Shown here: positions 39,419 through 49,002 of the stretch, one piece after another
Position numbering within the stretch: position 1 is the first letter of the stretch
How the letters are laid out: the number at the start of each line of letters is the position of its first letter
From: Tubulanus polymorphus
Lineage: Eukaryota; Animalia; Nemertea
Length of the DNA stretch: 64,000 nucleotides
Direction of reading: 5' to 3'
NCBI RefSeq assembly: GCF_964204645.1
Contig: NC_134029.1
Span: 11,000,850-11,064,849, forward strand
The notes under the pieces: model-generated
What the model was told of the DNA's origin: nothing
Databases searched by the model: none
Seen by the model: only the letters and a program-made list of their open reading frames with translations
Position numbers and translations under genes: made by a program

Positions 39419-42400
39419 AAAGATGATATATTAGAAACTAAATTAGAAGAATTAAAGAATGAAAAAGAAACATACAAATGTGATACATGTAATCAATCAT
39501 TCAGTGATAAAAGATATTATAAAGAACATTTAAAATCTATAAGTCATATTAGAAATAAGAATAATGATATTTTAGGTGAAGATTATTTTGATAATGATAA
39601 CGATAAGAAACAGAAGACAATTAAAAGAATAAAAAATAAATTAAACAATAAAAGACCATACATGGAAGATGTAAGAAATTATATTAATTCATTAGATAAT
39701 AAAAAAGATATAGAGATAACCGAAGCATTTAAAAGTGATATTGGTCCAGCAGCTATTGAGTTTAAATTTCATAAAGGAAAAACAATAGAAGAAAATAAAA
39801 AACATTTAGAAAATATGAAAGAAATAATAAAAATAATTACAGATGTTGAATATCCTAAAATTAGTATATCAGTTAAAGTAAAGTTTATAAAATCTGAAGA
39901 TAAACCAATATATAATATAAAATCTTATTCACAACATATTATATCTAAACAACATATAGATGATAAATTAAATAAATGTTATAATGAAATAAAAACTAAA
40001 ATAGAAGAGAAATATTTTGAAGGATCTGGTTTAATATTTGATGAGATAATATTTATAACTTTACATGTTTATAACACAAAATATAATAAGTTAACTAAAT
40101 CAAAACCAATTGATGAAAATAATTTATCATATTATAAAGATGATAGTATAAATGGAACAAGTTATATTAAACTACCATTTAAAACTAATGGTGTAATAAA
40201 TATACAAAATTTTGATAATAAATGTTTTATATGGGCTATAATAAGTTGTTTACACCCAGTTGAAGATTATAAACAACATAGTTTTAGATTAACTCATTAT
40301 AAACAATTTGAAAATAATTATAAGATAGATAAGTATCCTGTTAGAATTAAAAATATTCCAAAAATAGAAAGAGATAATAATTTAAAGATAAATGTATTTG
40401 ATTTAATCAAATTACCAAATACAAAAGGAAATAATATTAAACATTATACATTAGAACCTTTATATCTATCAAAAGATTATGATTCAAATGATGTTATAGA
40501 TATACTATATTATGAAAATCATTATATGTGGATTAAACAAATAGATTTATTTTTTAGAACAGAAAGTGATCACCATAATAAAATATATCTATGTAGAAAA
40601 TGTTTACATAAATTTAGTAATGAAAGTACATTATTAAATCATAAACAATTATGTGATAATCATGATTATTGTAAATTAGTTTTACCAAATGAAAAGGATA
40701 AAATATTAGAATTCAAAAAATATGATTACAAAAATAAAGTACCATTTGTAATATATGGAGATTTTGAATCATTAAATAAAGAACTAACTGATCAAGATAG
40801 AAAAGATATATATTATAAAAGAAAGAAATTAAATTCTAATGAAAGTGATTATTCAGAAGAACCACCAATAACAAATACTATTAAAAAGATTCATCAATCA
40901 GCTGCTGCTTTCGGGTTATATATTAAATCTAATTATCCAGAACTAATCGAAAGTGAATATTATAATTATAGAAATGAAAATGTTATCAATCATTTTTGTG
41001 ACTTATTAATTGAATATGAAATAAGATTTAATGAAAAGTTAAATAAAAATATAGAAATTATAATGACAGAAGAAGATAAAGAAGAATTTGCGTTTGCAGA
41101 TAAATGTTATTATTGTGAAAAGATATTTAATTATAAAGATAAAAAAGTAAGAGACCATGATCATTTGAATGGAAAGTTTAGAGGCGCTGCACATGAGAAT
41201 TGTAACTTACAAGCTAAGAAAATTAATTTTGTACCAGTTATATTTCATAATCTATCAGGATATGATGCACATTTATTTATCAAACAGTTATGTCACAAAA
41301 TAGAAGAAATCAATAATGAAATAGAAATATTAAATTCAAATAGATCAAAAGATAAAATACCAACTTATAAATTTAGAATGTTAGCTAAAACATCTGAGAA
41401 TTATATATCATTCCAATTTGGTTGTCTAAGATTTATAGATTCATATAGATTTTTAAATAGTTCATTAGATAACTTATCAAAATCATTAGTTGATGATGAA
41501 TTAAAGATATTAAAAGAATATTACCCAAATAATGATGATTTTAAATTAATGAGATATAAAGGAGCAATTCCATATTCATTTTATAAATCACATAATGATT
41601 TTAATATAACTGAATTATTGAAAGAACAATTTTATGATGAATTAAAAAATGAATATGTTAAAGATGAAGTCTATAATAGAACATTGAATATTTGGAATCA
41701 TTTCAAAATAGAAAATCATGGGCAATTAGTAGATTTATATTTAAAATCAGATGTATTATTATTAACCGATATATTCGAAAGGTTTAGAGATGTAAACCTA
41801 AAATATTTCAATATTGATCCTTGTCATTGTTATTCATCACCAGGATTAACATGGGATTGTGGATTAAAATTTACAGATATAAAAATGGATTTGTTAACAA
41901 ATATAGATCAATTACTATTATTTGAAAAATCTATAAGAGGAGGTGTTTCAGGTGTATTGGGTGATAGATATTTCAATGTAAATGATAATCCTGGATATAA
42001 ATTATTATACATAGATGCAAATAATCTTTATGGTTGGGCAATGATGGAACCACAACCTTATGGGATGTTTGAAATAACTGAAGTTTTACAAATTGATAAA
42101 TTTGATTGGAAGAAAAGAATCCTAGATATTGCAGATGATTCAGATATTGGTTACTTCTTCGTTGTAGATTTAGAATACCCTGAAAATATTAAATTCAAAT
42201 CTAGAAATCTAGCATATTGTCCCGAACATAAAACTGTTAAACATGAAGAATTATCAAATTATCAAAAAAGAATTAAACCCGATAATCATATTCATACAGA
42301 AAAGTTAATGGTAACTCAAGAAGATAAATATAATTACGTTGTGCATTATAGAATGTTGAAGTTTTATTTGAATCAAGGAATGATATTAAAAAAAGTACAT

Positions 42401-43342
42401 AGATATATTTCATTCAGTCAATCTAAATGGTTAGAAAAATATATAGATTTTAACACCAAGCAGAGAACTGAAGCTAAAACTGATTTTGAGAAAGATTTCT
42501 TCAAGTTAATGAATAATGCATTCTATGGTAAGACTTGTGAAAACATAAGAAATAGAAATGATATTGAGTTAGTTAGTAATGGTAAAAGGATAAGGCATTT
42601 ACAATCATATCCTAAGTTTATAGGTAACAGAATATTTGATGAAAATTTAGCAGCAGTTAAAATGAAAAGAACTTCAATGAAGTTCAATAAACCTATTTAT
42701 GTTGGTGCATCAGTTCTAGAAATTTCAAAATTATTAATGTATCAATTTTACTATAACATATTACAACCTCATTTTGGAGAAAAGAATATAGAAATTCTAT
42801 ACTTTGATACAGATTCTTACATATTAAAGATAAAAACTGATAACATAACTGATGATTTAAAAACATTAAAACACCATTTTGATTTCAGTAACTATCCAAA
42901 AAATCATGAATTGTTTACCAATGATAATAAAAAAGTTCCTGGGAAGTTTAAGGATGAATTAGGTGGTGAAGAAATGATAGAGTTCATAGGTATTAGATCT
43001 AAAATGTATTCATATAAAACTAAAGAACATGAAGCTAAAAAGTTAAAAGGAATTACCAAAAGCGTTGTTGAAAAGAATATTCATTTCAAAGATTACATCA
43101 ATTGTATATTTAATGAAGAAGTTAGAAAACATAAGATGAAATGTTTAAGATCTGAAGATCATGAAATGTATATTGAAGAGATAGAGAAGATAAGTCTAAA
43201 CCCATTTGATGATAAACGATATATATTAGATGATGGTATACACACAGTCGCGTATGGTTGCAATTTAGATGAATATATAAAATTCAAAAGAGAAGAAACA
43301 AAAGAAAATGAGATTATGAAAAGGATTCTAGCGGCGTGTTAA
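39305..43342 (+). CDS. pPolB: Protein-primed family B DNA polymerase (pPolB), 1345 aa
   Basis: ExoI YGDFES, ExoII FHNLSGYD, ExoIII YLKSDV; Pol motifs YIDANNLYG, KLMNNAFYGK, YFDTDS; N-terminal zinc fingers; EndoVII-like insert CYYC...RDHDH...GAAHENCN. Confidence 0.96.
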   Translation: MEANKYYCPTCNIDIDKSQKARHNKTITHLENKLKLEYKDDILETKLEELKNEKETYKCDTCNQSFSDKRYYKEHLKSISHIRNKNNDILGEDYFDNDNDKKQKTIKRIKNKLNNKRPYMEDVRNYINSLDNKKDIEITEAFKSDIGPAAIEFKFHKGKTIEENKKHLENMKEIIKIITDVEYPKISISVKVKFIKSEDKPIYNIKSYSQHIISKQHIDDKLNKCYNEIKTKIEEKYFEGSGLIFDEIIFITLHVYNTKYNKLTKSKPIDENNLSYYKDDSINGTSYIKLPFKTNGVINIQNFDNKCFIWAIISCLHPVEDYKQHSFRLTHYKQFENNYKIDKYPVRIKNIPKIERDNNLKINVFDLIKLPNTKGNNIKHYTLEPLYLSKDYDSNDVIDILYYENHYMWIKQIDLFFRTESDHHNKIYLCRKCLHKFSNESTLLNHKQLCDNHDYCKLVLPNEKDKILEFKKYDYKNKVPFVIYGDFESLNKELTDQDRKDIYYKRKKLNSNESDYSEEPPITNTIKKIHQSAAAFGLYIKSNYPELIESEYYNYRNENVINHFCDLLIEYEIRFNEKLNKNIEIIMTEEDKEEFAFADKCYYCEKIFNYKDKKVRDHDHLNGKFRGAAHENCNLQAKKINFVPVIFHNLSGYDAHLFIKQLCHKIEEINNEIEILNSNRSKDKIPTYKFRMLAKTSENYISFQFGCLRFIDSYRFLNSSLDNLSKSLVDDELKILKEYYPNNDDFKLMRYKGAIPYSFYKSHNDFNITELLKEQFYDELKNEYVKDEVYNRTLNIWNHFKIENHGQLVDLYLKSDVLLLTDIFERFRDVNLKYFNIDPCHCYSSPGLTWDCGLKFTDIKMDLLTNIDQLLLFEKSIRGGVSGVLGDRYFNVNDNPGYKLLYIDANNLYGWAMMEPQPYGMFEITEVLQIDKFDWKKRILDIADDSDIGYFFVVDLEYPENIKFKSRNLAYCPEHKTVKHEELSNYQKRIKPDNHIHTEKLMVTQEDKYNYVVHYRMLKFYLNQGMILKKVHRYISFSQSKWLEKYIDFNTKQRTEAKTDFEKDFFKLMNNAFYGKTCENIRNRNDIELVSNGKRIRHLQSYPKFIGNRIFDENLAAVKMKRTSMKFNKPIYVGASVLEISKLLMYQFYYNILQPHFGEKNIEILYFDTDSYILKIKTDNITDDLKTLKHHFDFSNYPKNHELFTNDNKKVPGKFKDELGGEEMIEFIGIRSKMYSYKTKEHEAKKLKGITKSVVEKNIHFKDYINCIFNEEVRKHKMKCLRSEDHEMYIEEIEKISLNPFDDKRYILDDGIHTVAYGCNLDEYIKFKREETKENEIMKRILAAC

Positions 43343-43370
43343 TCAATTTCAATAAAAATTTGTATAATAA

Positions 43371-43712
43371 ATGGAGAGTAAACAAGTACACAGTGAATTC
43401 TTAGATAGAATTAAAGATACTTCAAGCGTCAAATCTGTAGATTATAAATTTAAAAAACTAACTGAGTTAACAATTCACAAGAAATATTTAATTACTAACA
43501 TTGAAACAATTACTAATAAATATGGAGATAAATTAGTAATTCATTTAGAATATGAAGGATTAAAAGGAAATAAATATAAATTCAGAACATATTTACCAGA
43601 TAGATTTCATAGATTATCAAGTGAAGATTTAGAAGAATTATGTTCTGGAGATTTCTATTTCGTATATAAAGGTAAGAATGAAAAAGGACACCATGAAATA
43701 GATTTCGAATAA
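43371..43712 (+). CDS. Small Polinton protein, possible OB-fold ssDNA-binding protein
   Basis: Beta-rich KKLTEL...NKYG...YLPDRF; adjacent to pPolB; conserved in the fossil copy at 26946-27146; function is inference. Confidence 0.6.
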   Translation: MESKQVHSEFLDRIKDTSSVKSVDYKFKKLTELTIHKKYLITNIETITNKYGDKLVIHLEYEGLKGNKYKFRTYLPDRFHRLSSEDLEELCSGDFYFVYKGKNEKGHHEIDFE

Positions 43713-43729
43713 GAAAATATGTAAAATAA

Positions 43730-44488
43730 ATGGTGGAATTAAAATAATACAGAATATTTGTTGATTCTAGAAAACTTACAAATTATAAATCACATAATTT
43801 ATTAGTACAATTAGACAGAGAATTTAAGAATTGTGTAGATTTAAAATTAGTTAATATAAGTTTATGTAATTCTTTTCATAATATATCGGATAAAAGTTTT
43901 GATCATAGAGACTTTTTAATTCATATTAGAAATATAAATAAATGGTTTCAACTAATTTTAAAACCAGGATTATATAATTTAGATACATTAGCACAAGAAA
44001 TTAATCGGAGAGCACGATTAAAACTTAAAAGTGAAGATAAATTTTCAATAAGATTTATAAAAAGTGATAGTTCTAATAAAATTAAAATAAAGTTAGATGA
44101 TGAAAACAAACATGCATTTATGGTAAGGAAACCTTTAGCTAAACTGTTAGGAATTAAACCACAAACTGTTACAGGAAACGTAGACGGTAATTCAAATATA
44201 ATACCTTTTACACATTTTTATATTTATTGCAATTTAATTGACCCAACAAAAACATTCGAAGCAACTAAAGATACAACATGTAATTCTAGTATATTAAATA
44301 TTTTACCATTAAAAAATGTTAAACAATTTGGAACGCAAATAAATTATAATTTAGCTGAATGTGATTTCAAACCTTGTATTCCTCAATTTAATAATTTTAA
44401 ATTAGAAATAAGAAATCATAATGGATACTTAATTGATTTGAATAACTTTCCTGTAATTTATGAATTAGTTATAAGATGTAAAGAGTAA
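43730..44488 (+). pseudogene. Minor capsid protein (penton, single jelly-roll), 252 codons with a nonsense codon at position 6
   Basis: ATG 43730 MVELK*YRIFVDSR...V.LD...LVNISL.NSFHNI...LKPGLYNL...YIYCNLI...IL.ILP...LEIRNHNGYLIDLN; in frame with the 44120 ORF; typical Polinton penton pattern. Confidence 0.82.
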
Positions 44489-44504
44489 TTTTTCACCTAT
44501 ATAA

Positions 44505-44852
44505 ATGAATATAACTGTTGGACCGAGTATATGTTTTGGGTTTGATTTTAAACGTGAGAAAGAAATGAAATTTAACATTTATGATGTAATAACACATATC
44601 AAAAATATTGCATTTTCTAATGAAACAACATTTGAGTATGAAACAACAATTGATAAAGAAACTTTTAATATAGAAAAGATTACCGAATCTTTAAGATTTT
44701 ATGAATTAGATGAAGATTTTATCATCGATGATATTAAAAACATATTATCCAAAATATATGATAATCATAAAACTAGTAATAAAATAAATGTTGAATTAAT
44801 AATCACTAAGATAACTAAATATTTTGAAGATAGTAATTTTTTTGATAAATAA
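44505..44852 (+). CDS. Hypothetical Polinton protein, 115 aa
   Basis: Tightly packed ORF preceded by TAAATG. Confidence 0.7.
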   Translation: MNITVGPSICFGFDFKREKEMKFNIYDVITHIKNIAFSNETTFEYETTIDKETFNIEKITESLRFYELDEDFIIDDIKNILSKIYDNHKTSNKINVELIITKITKYFEDSNFFDK

Positions 44853-45074
44853 ATGAGTGATAATAAGTGGATAATAACTGGATTATATAATGGCGCATTA
44901 CTATCAGTTGGAACTGTTGGTTATTCAATGGTATTAAAAAAAGTATTCAAAATGGGAAGTGTTAATGTTGATAGATTTGATATCAATGATATTTTAAAGT
45001 TAACATTAGCAGTTACTTTATCTAATTTAACTATTGATTATTTGGAAAAACAAAAATATATTCCTCCCATATAA
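44853..45074 (+). CDS. Small hydrophobic (1-2 TM) Polinton protein, 73 aa
   Basis: Hydrophobic segments; TAAATG start abutting the upstream stop. Confidence 0.75.
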   Translation: MSDNKWIITGLYNGALLSVGTVGYSMVLKKVFKMGSVNVDRFDINDILKLTLAVTLSNLTIDYLEKQKYIPPI

Positions 45075-45099
45075 ATGCATAATTTTTTTTGCTAAATAA

Positions 45100-45522
45100 A
45101 TGGCTTCTGCAATTATAACTATTATAGGATCAGCAATTGTTAACGCTTTAGCATTTACTGGTGGTGGTTATTTATTTAAACATATTGATAAAAATAGTTC
45201 ATTAGGAGAACAAAGAAGACATAACTTAGCGTTAGAGAAATACAATAAAGCTGCAGAAGAATATAGAGAAAAGAGGCAAAACTATATGGATTACATCAAT
45301 AAAGAATTATATGATCAGAAGATTTCACATAGAGATTTTCAATCAGTTGATGATGCAATGAGTTTATATAACGCAGTAACAAATAAAGAAAAATTACATC
45401 TATACAAACCTAAATTATCAGATTATTATACCCCGAGTAAAGAACAACAGAAATATGAAATAATATGGATTTTAGGTGGAACAGTTATTGTTATATTTGT
45501 TGCTTATAAGTTTACTAATTAG
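45100..45522 (+). CDS. Membrane-associated Polinton protein, 140 aa (N- and C-terminal hydrophobic helices, ExxRHN coiled coil)
   Basis: MASAIITIIGSAIVNALAFTGGGYLF; EQRRHNLALE; IIWILGGTVIVIFVAY. Confidence 0.78.
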   Translation: MASAIITIIGSAIVNALAFTGGGYLFKHIDKNSSLGEQRRHNLALEKYNKAAEEYREKRQNYMDYINKELYDQKISHRDFQSVDDAMSLYNAVTNKEKLHLYKPKLSDYYTPSKEQQKYEIIWILGGTVIVIFVAYKFTN

Positions 45523-45541
45523 TAATTTTCATTCTAAATAA

Positions 45542-45976
45542 ATGGAAGATAAAGTTGATAGTATTGATATTATTCCTCATGATATAAATAAAACTAAATT
45601 AAAAACATATTTAGAAAAACAAATATTAGAATTTGAAAGTGACTTAAAGATAAAAAAGAAAAAATATTTAAAAAGTAAAATTATATATTATTTGATTATA
45701 AGTGGTTCGGTTACAATTAGTTCTGTAATAACATTTCTAGCAATATTCAGCCCATTAACACCTTTAGCTATATCAATTGGTGTGTTAGGATTAAGTTCAA
45801 GTGTTTTAACTGGTATAAGTTCAAAATTAAATATAAAAAGTAATAAAGAAAAAATAAAATCTAATATAAAAGAAATTAATAAATTAAAGAACACACTAGA
45901 TCATATAATAAGTTTAAATGGCCATATAACAGTTGAAGAACAAGATAAATTATTAAAAGAATTAGTTAATTATTAA
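45542..45976 (+). CDS. Two-TM coiled-coil protein, 144 aa
   Basis: Basic KKKKY followed by two hydrophobic helices and a coiled coil. Confidence 0.75.
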   Translation: MEDKVDSIDIIPHDINKTKLKTYLEKQILEFESDLKIKKKKYLKSKIIYYLIISGSVTISSVITFLAIFSPLTPLAISIGVLGLSSSVLTGISSKLNIKSNKEKIKSNIKEINKLKNTLDHIISLNGHITVEEQDKLLKELVNY

Positions 45977-45992
45977 TTTTTTAGTTATATAA

Positions 45993-47294
45993 ATGGGGTT
46001 TCCAAAAGCTTTCCAATATAATAAATCAATTAGATATAATATTCCGGCAATAGATTTTAAGAAAAATATTACATATAAAAATATAGTTTTAGATTCATTA
46101 ACTAATTTAGAAATTTATGTTAATGAATCACAGTTTTTTATTTCTAAAATGGAAAATATATTTAATACATATGAAGTTACTTTTACTCGAGATGAATATC
46201 ATATATATAAAGTAAAATCTAATATGAAATATTGGCAGAATCAATTAAATTTTGCTGTTTATTGTGCAACAACAGGATGTGGAATTAGTTGGAATGATCA
46301 TTTAAATAACTTAGATAAAAATTTGAAGTATTCTGATTTAGAATTAATTCACACAATATTTAGATTTCACACATATTTTCAAATCAGAATAATATTAAAT
46401 GAATTAGAATGTCCTTTACCCGGGTCTAAATATTTTAAAGAATTGGATAATAATATTAATCTATCTAAGTTTTATAAAATATGTAATGAATTTAATATAA
46501 ATATTAATTCCGATTTCAGAGCGCATGGTAAATTGCAAGGTGTTGGTGAACAGTATGAAATAAAAAGAATTGATTATATGCATAGAATTTCAGCTTATCA
46601 TAATTATAAAATTGATAATAATAATGGTTGGGTTAATTTCATTTTAGAAAATGGTGAAGGTTTTACAAAATCAGGTATACAAAGAATAAATCAATCTATT
46701 AGAATTTATTTAATATATATTTTAGGCGCTCAAGTTGAAACAAGATCCCAAATAATTGGAAATGATAACACTTCATTCGATGCGCAGAAACAATTTAAAG
46801 TTTTATTTGAAGATTCAATTCATAATGATAAAAATAGATCGATTCCAGAAAACATTATAAGATATCAAAATTATTTAGATAAATCTCATGTAAGACTTAA
46901 TTATTGTATAGGCCCTAATCTATTAATTATTTCTAATGATTTAGTATTAAAGATGGGAAATATAATTGGTTATAATAATCTAATTAAAACTGCAACAATA
47001 AATAATTCATTTGGGTTAAATGATATAAATAAAAAGATTATCACTGCTCCAAAATTAATGGAAGGTGAAAAAAATAAAAAACATATTCAATCAACAGAAA
47101 CTAAAACTAAGAATATTAAATTGGATAATGATTCTAAAATAAAAGATTACAATACATCAGAAAATAATAGAACTGATATTATTCAACATGATATAATTAA
47201 AACTAATGATGATAATAAATCCCATGAAAATACTAAATTAGCTATAACTTGTATAGGAATTGTAATCGGAGGAATATTATATTTTAAATTTTAA
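45993..47294 (+). CDS. Polinton protein with C-terminal membrane anchor, 433 aa
   Basis: WQNQLNFAVYCATTGCGISW motif; tail LAITCIGIVIGGILYF. Confidence 0.8.
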   Translation: MGFPKAFQYNKSIRYNIPAIDFKKNITYKNIVLDSLTNLEIYVNESQFFISKMENIFNTYEVTFTRDEYHIYKVKSNMKYWQNQLNFAVYCATTGCGISWNDHLNNLDKNLKYSDLELIHTIFRFHTYFQIRIILNELECPLPGSKYFKELDNNINLSKFYKICNEFNININSDFRAHGKLQGVGEQYEIKRIDYMHRISAYHNYKIDNNNGWVNFILENGEGFTKSGIQRINQSIRIYLIYILGAQVETRSQIIGNDNTSFDAQKQFKVLFEDSIHNDKNRSIPENIIRYQNYLDKSHVRLNYCIGPNLLIISNDLVLKMGNIIGYNNLIKTATINNSFGLNDINKKIITAPKLMEGEKNKKHIQSTETKTKNIKLDNDSKIKDYNTSENNRTDIIQHDIIKTNDDNKSHENTKLAITCIGIVIGGILYFKF

Positions 47295-47310
47295 TTTTTT
47301 TATTATGTAA

Positions 47311-48903
47311 ATGGATGTAGAAGGTGGAGAAGATTATGAAATGGGAGAAATGGGAAATAATAATGAAGGATATATTGATGATGATTATAATGATGCAGAA
47401 ACTAATATTGATAATGATGATGAATCAGCATATAATTCTAATTTAGCAGATAGTGGTTCTAAAACCCCATCAACAGATGAATTTGATAGAAGAACTAGAT
47501 CGAGAATACCTACTGAAAATTTAGACCCAGGTTTAAAAAAGGAAGATTTAGAAAATATTGGATTCATATATAAGTTTCAAGATGTATTTGAAAGATCTGG
47601 ATATAATATAAATTACAGAGGTGCCAGACTTTTAGTAAAAGATTTAAAATATTTAGATGGTGAATATTATTATAAATTGAGAGATGATTATTATATTAAC
47701 ATCTCTTATAAAACTCAAAATATAATATTAGCAGAATCAACTTTGCTTAAGTTAGAACCAGATAGAATTAAGAGAATAAGTATTAATAATGAAATAACTG
47801 CTGTTACACAAGAAGAAAGAGATAATAATAGAAAAGAATTCAAACAAAGAATTAATGAATTATTTGAAACAATCGATAATAATTTAGAAACAGAAATGGA
47901 AGAGAATAGAGATCGATTAGATAAATTAAGATCTTCAACACCCGAAACATCTAGAAGAGATATTCAACAAATTGATAATGATTCAAATCAATTACAATTA
48001 GGAAAACATTTTGATAGCATGTTAGATGCAATTCATTCATTTGACGAAGAGATGAATAGTATTTTAGATACACCCGGTACTGAAACTGGAATAAATCGAA
48101 TACAATCTTTACTAGAAAAAGGATTATTTGATTTAACTGATGATGAATTAGAAGCATTTCCTGAACAAGCACGTAGAGAAATTAAAGGTATGCAAGAATC
48201 AGCTGATAAAATTGCGCATGAAAAAAGTAAAAGAGATATTAAAATTAGATTTTTAGAAAAAGATAGAACTGATAAAAATAAAAAAATAGAACAATTAAAA
48301 TTAGATAGAGATAATAAAGTTATTGAAGAAATTGAATTTAAAAAAAGAAATGCATATTTAGAAAAAGAAATTGATGATTTAAAATATAACATAGAATTAC
48401 AAAAAGAAGAAATTAAATTATTGTTAAAATCATATGATTATAATATTAATAGATTAAAAGTTATTTTTAAAGATTTGTTGATTAAACCAAATTCTGAAAT
48501 ATCATTAAAAGACAGAATAAGATTATTATTTAAATTAGAAGGAATAACAATTCTTTCAATTCTAACATCTGTAACTATGGTATTTACAACAATTGGTTTA
48601 GCAATATCAAATGCTTTAAAATCTACTCCTACTCCAAATAAACCAGATAAACCTCCAGGCAATAATTCTATACAAGATAAAGTTAAAGATGGTTTAAAGA
48701 AATTAGCAAAATATTTATGGGAACTATCTAAAAAATCTGCTGCAGCATTGCCAGGAGTTATTGCTTCAATTGTTGGTTTTATATTGAAATCTGCAGGAAA
48801 CATTATTAACTTTGCTGCTGAACATATTATTTTATTTTTAATTACAGTTGTAAGTGCTATTATTTTTGGTTTAGTAAATATGATATCAAAAAATATCAAG
48901 TAA
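47311..48903 (+). CDS. Acidic coiled-coil protein with C-terminal multi-TM region, 530 aa
   Basis: Long heptad region, then GITILSILTSVTMVFTTIGLAI, ALPGVIASIVGFIL and IILFLITVVSAIIFGLV. Confidence 0.82.
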   Translation: MDVEGGEDYEMGEMGNNNEGYIDDDYNDAETNIDNDDESAYNSNLADSGSKTPSTDEFDRRTRSRIPTENLDPGLKKEDLENIGFIYKFQDVFERSGYNINYRGARLLVKDLKYLDGEYYYKLRDDYYINISYKTQNIILAESTLLKLEPDRIKRISINNEITAVTQEERDNNRKEFKQRINELFETIDNNLETEMEENRDRLDKLRSSTPETSRRDIQQIDNDSNQLQLGKHFDSMLDAIHSFDEEMNSILDTPGTETGINRIQSLLEKGLFDLTDDELEAFPEQARREIKGMQESADKIAHEKSKRDIKIRFLEKDRTDKNKKIEQLKLDRDNKVIEEIEFKKRNAYLEKEIDDLKYNIELQKEEIKLLLKSYDYNINRLKVIFKDLLIKPNSEISLKDRIRLLFKLEGITILSILTSVTMVFTTIGLAISNALKSTPTPNKPDKPPGNNSIQDKVKDGLKKLAKYLWELSKKSAAALPGVIASIVGFILKSAGNIINFAAEHIILFLITVVSAIIFGLVNMISKNIK

Positions 48904-48976
48904 ACCATGATATCAAAAAATATCAAGTAAACCATGATATCAAAAAATATCAAGTAAACCATGATATCAAAAAATA
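48880..48976 (+). repeat. 27-bp tandem repeat (3.5 copies) over the stop codon of the 530-aa gene
   Basis: atgatatcaaaaaatatcaagtaaacc x3 plus a partial copy. Confidence 0.9.
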
Positions 48977-49002
48977 AATAATTAATTTTTTTTGTTAAAT
49001 AA

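Noticed and set aside
47385-48962. Minus-strand ORFs (47385, 47951, 48033, 48438) and others antisense to Polinton or SAXO genes
   Set aside because: Shadow ORFs of real genes on the opposite strand
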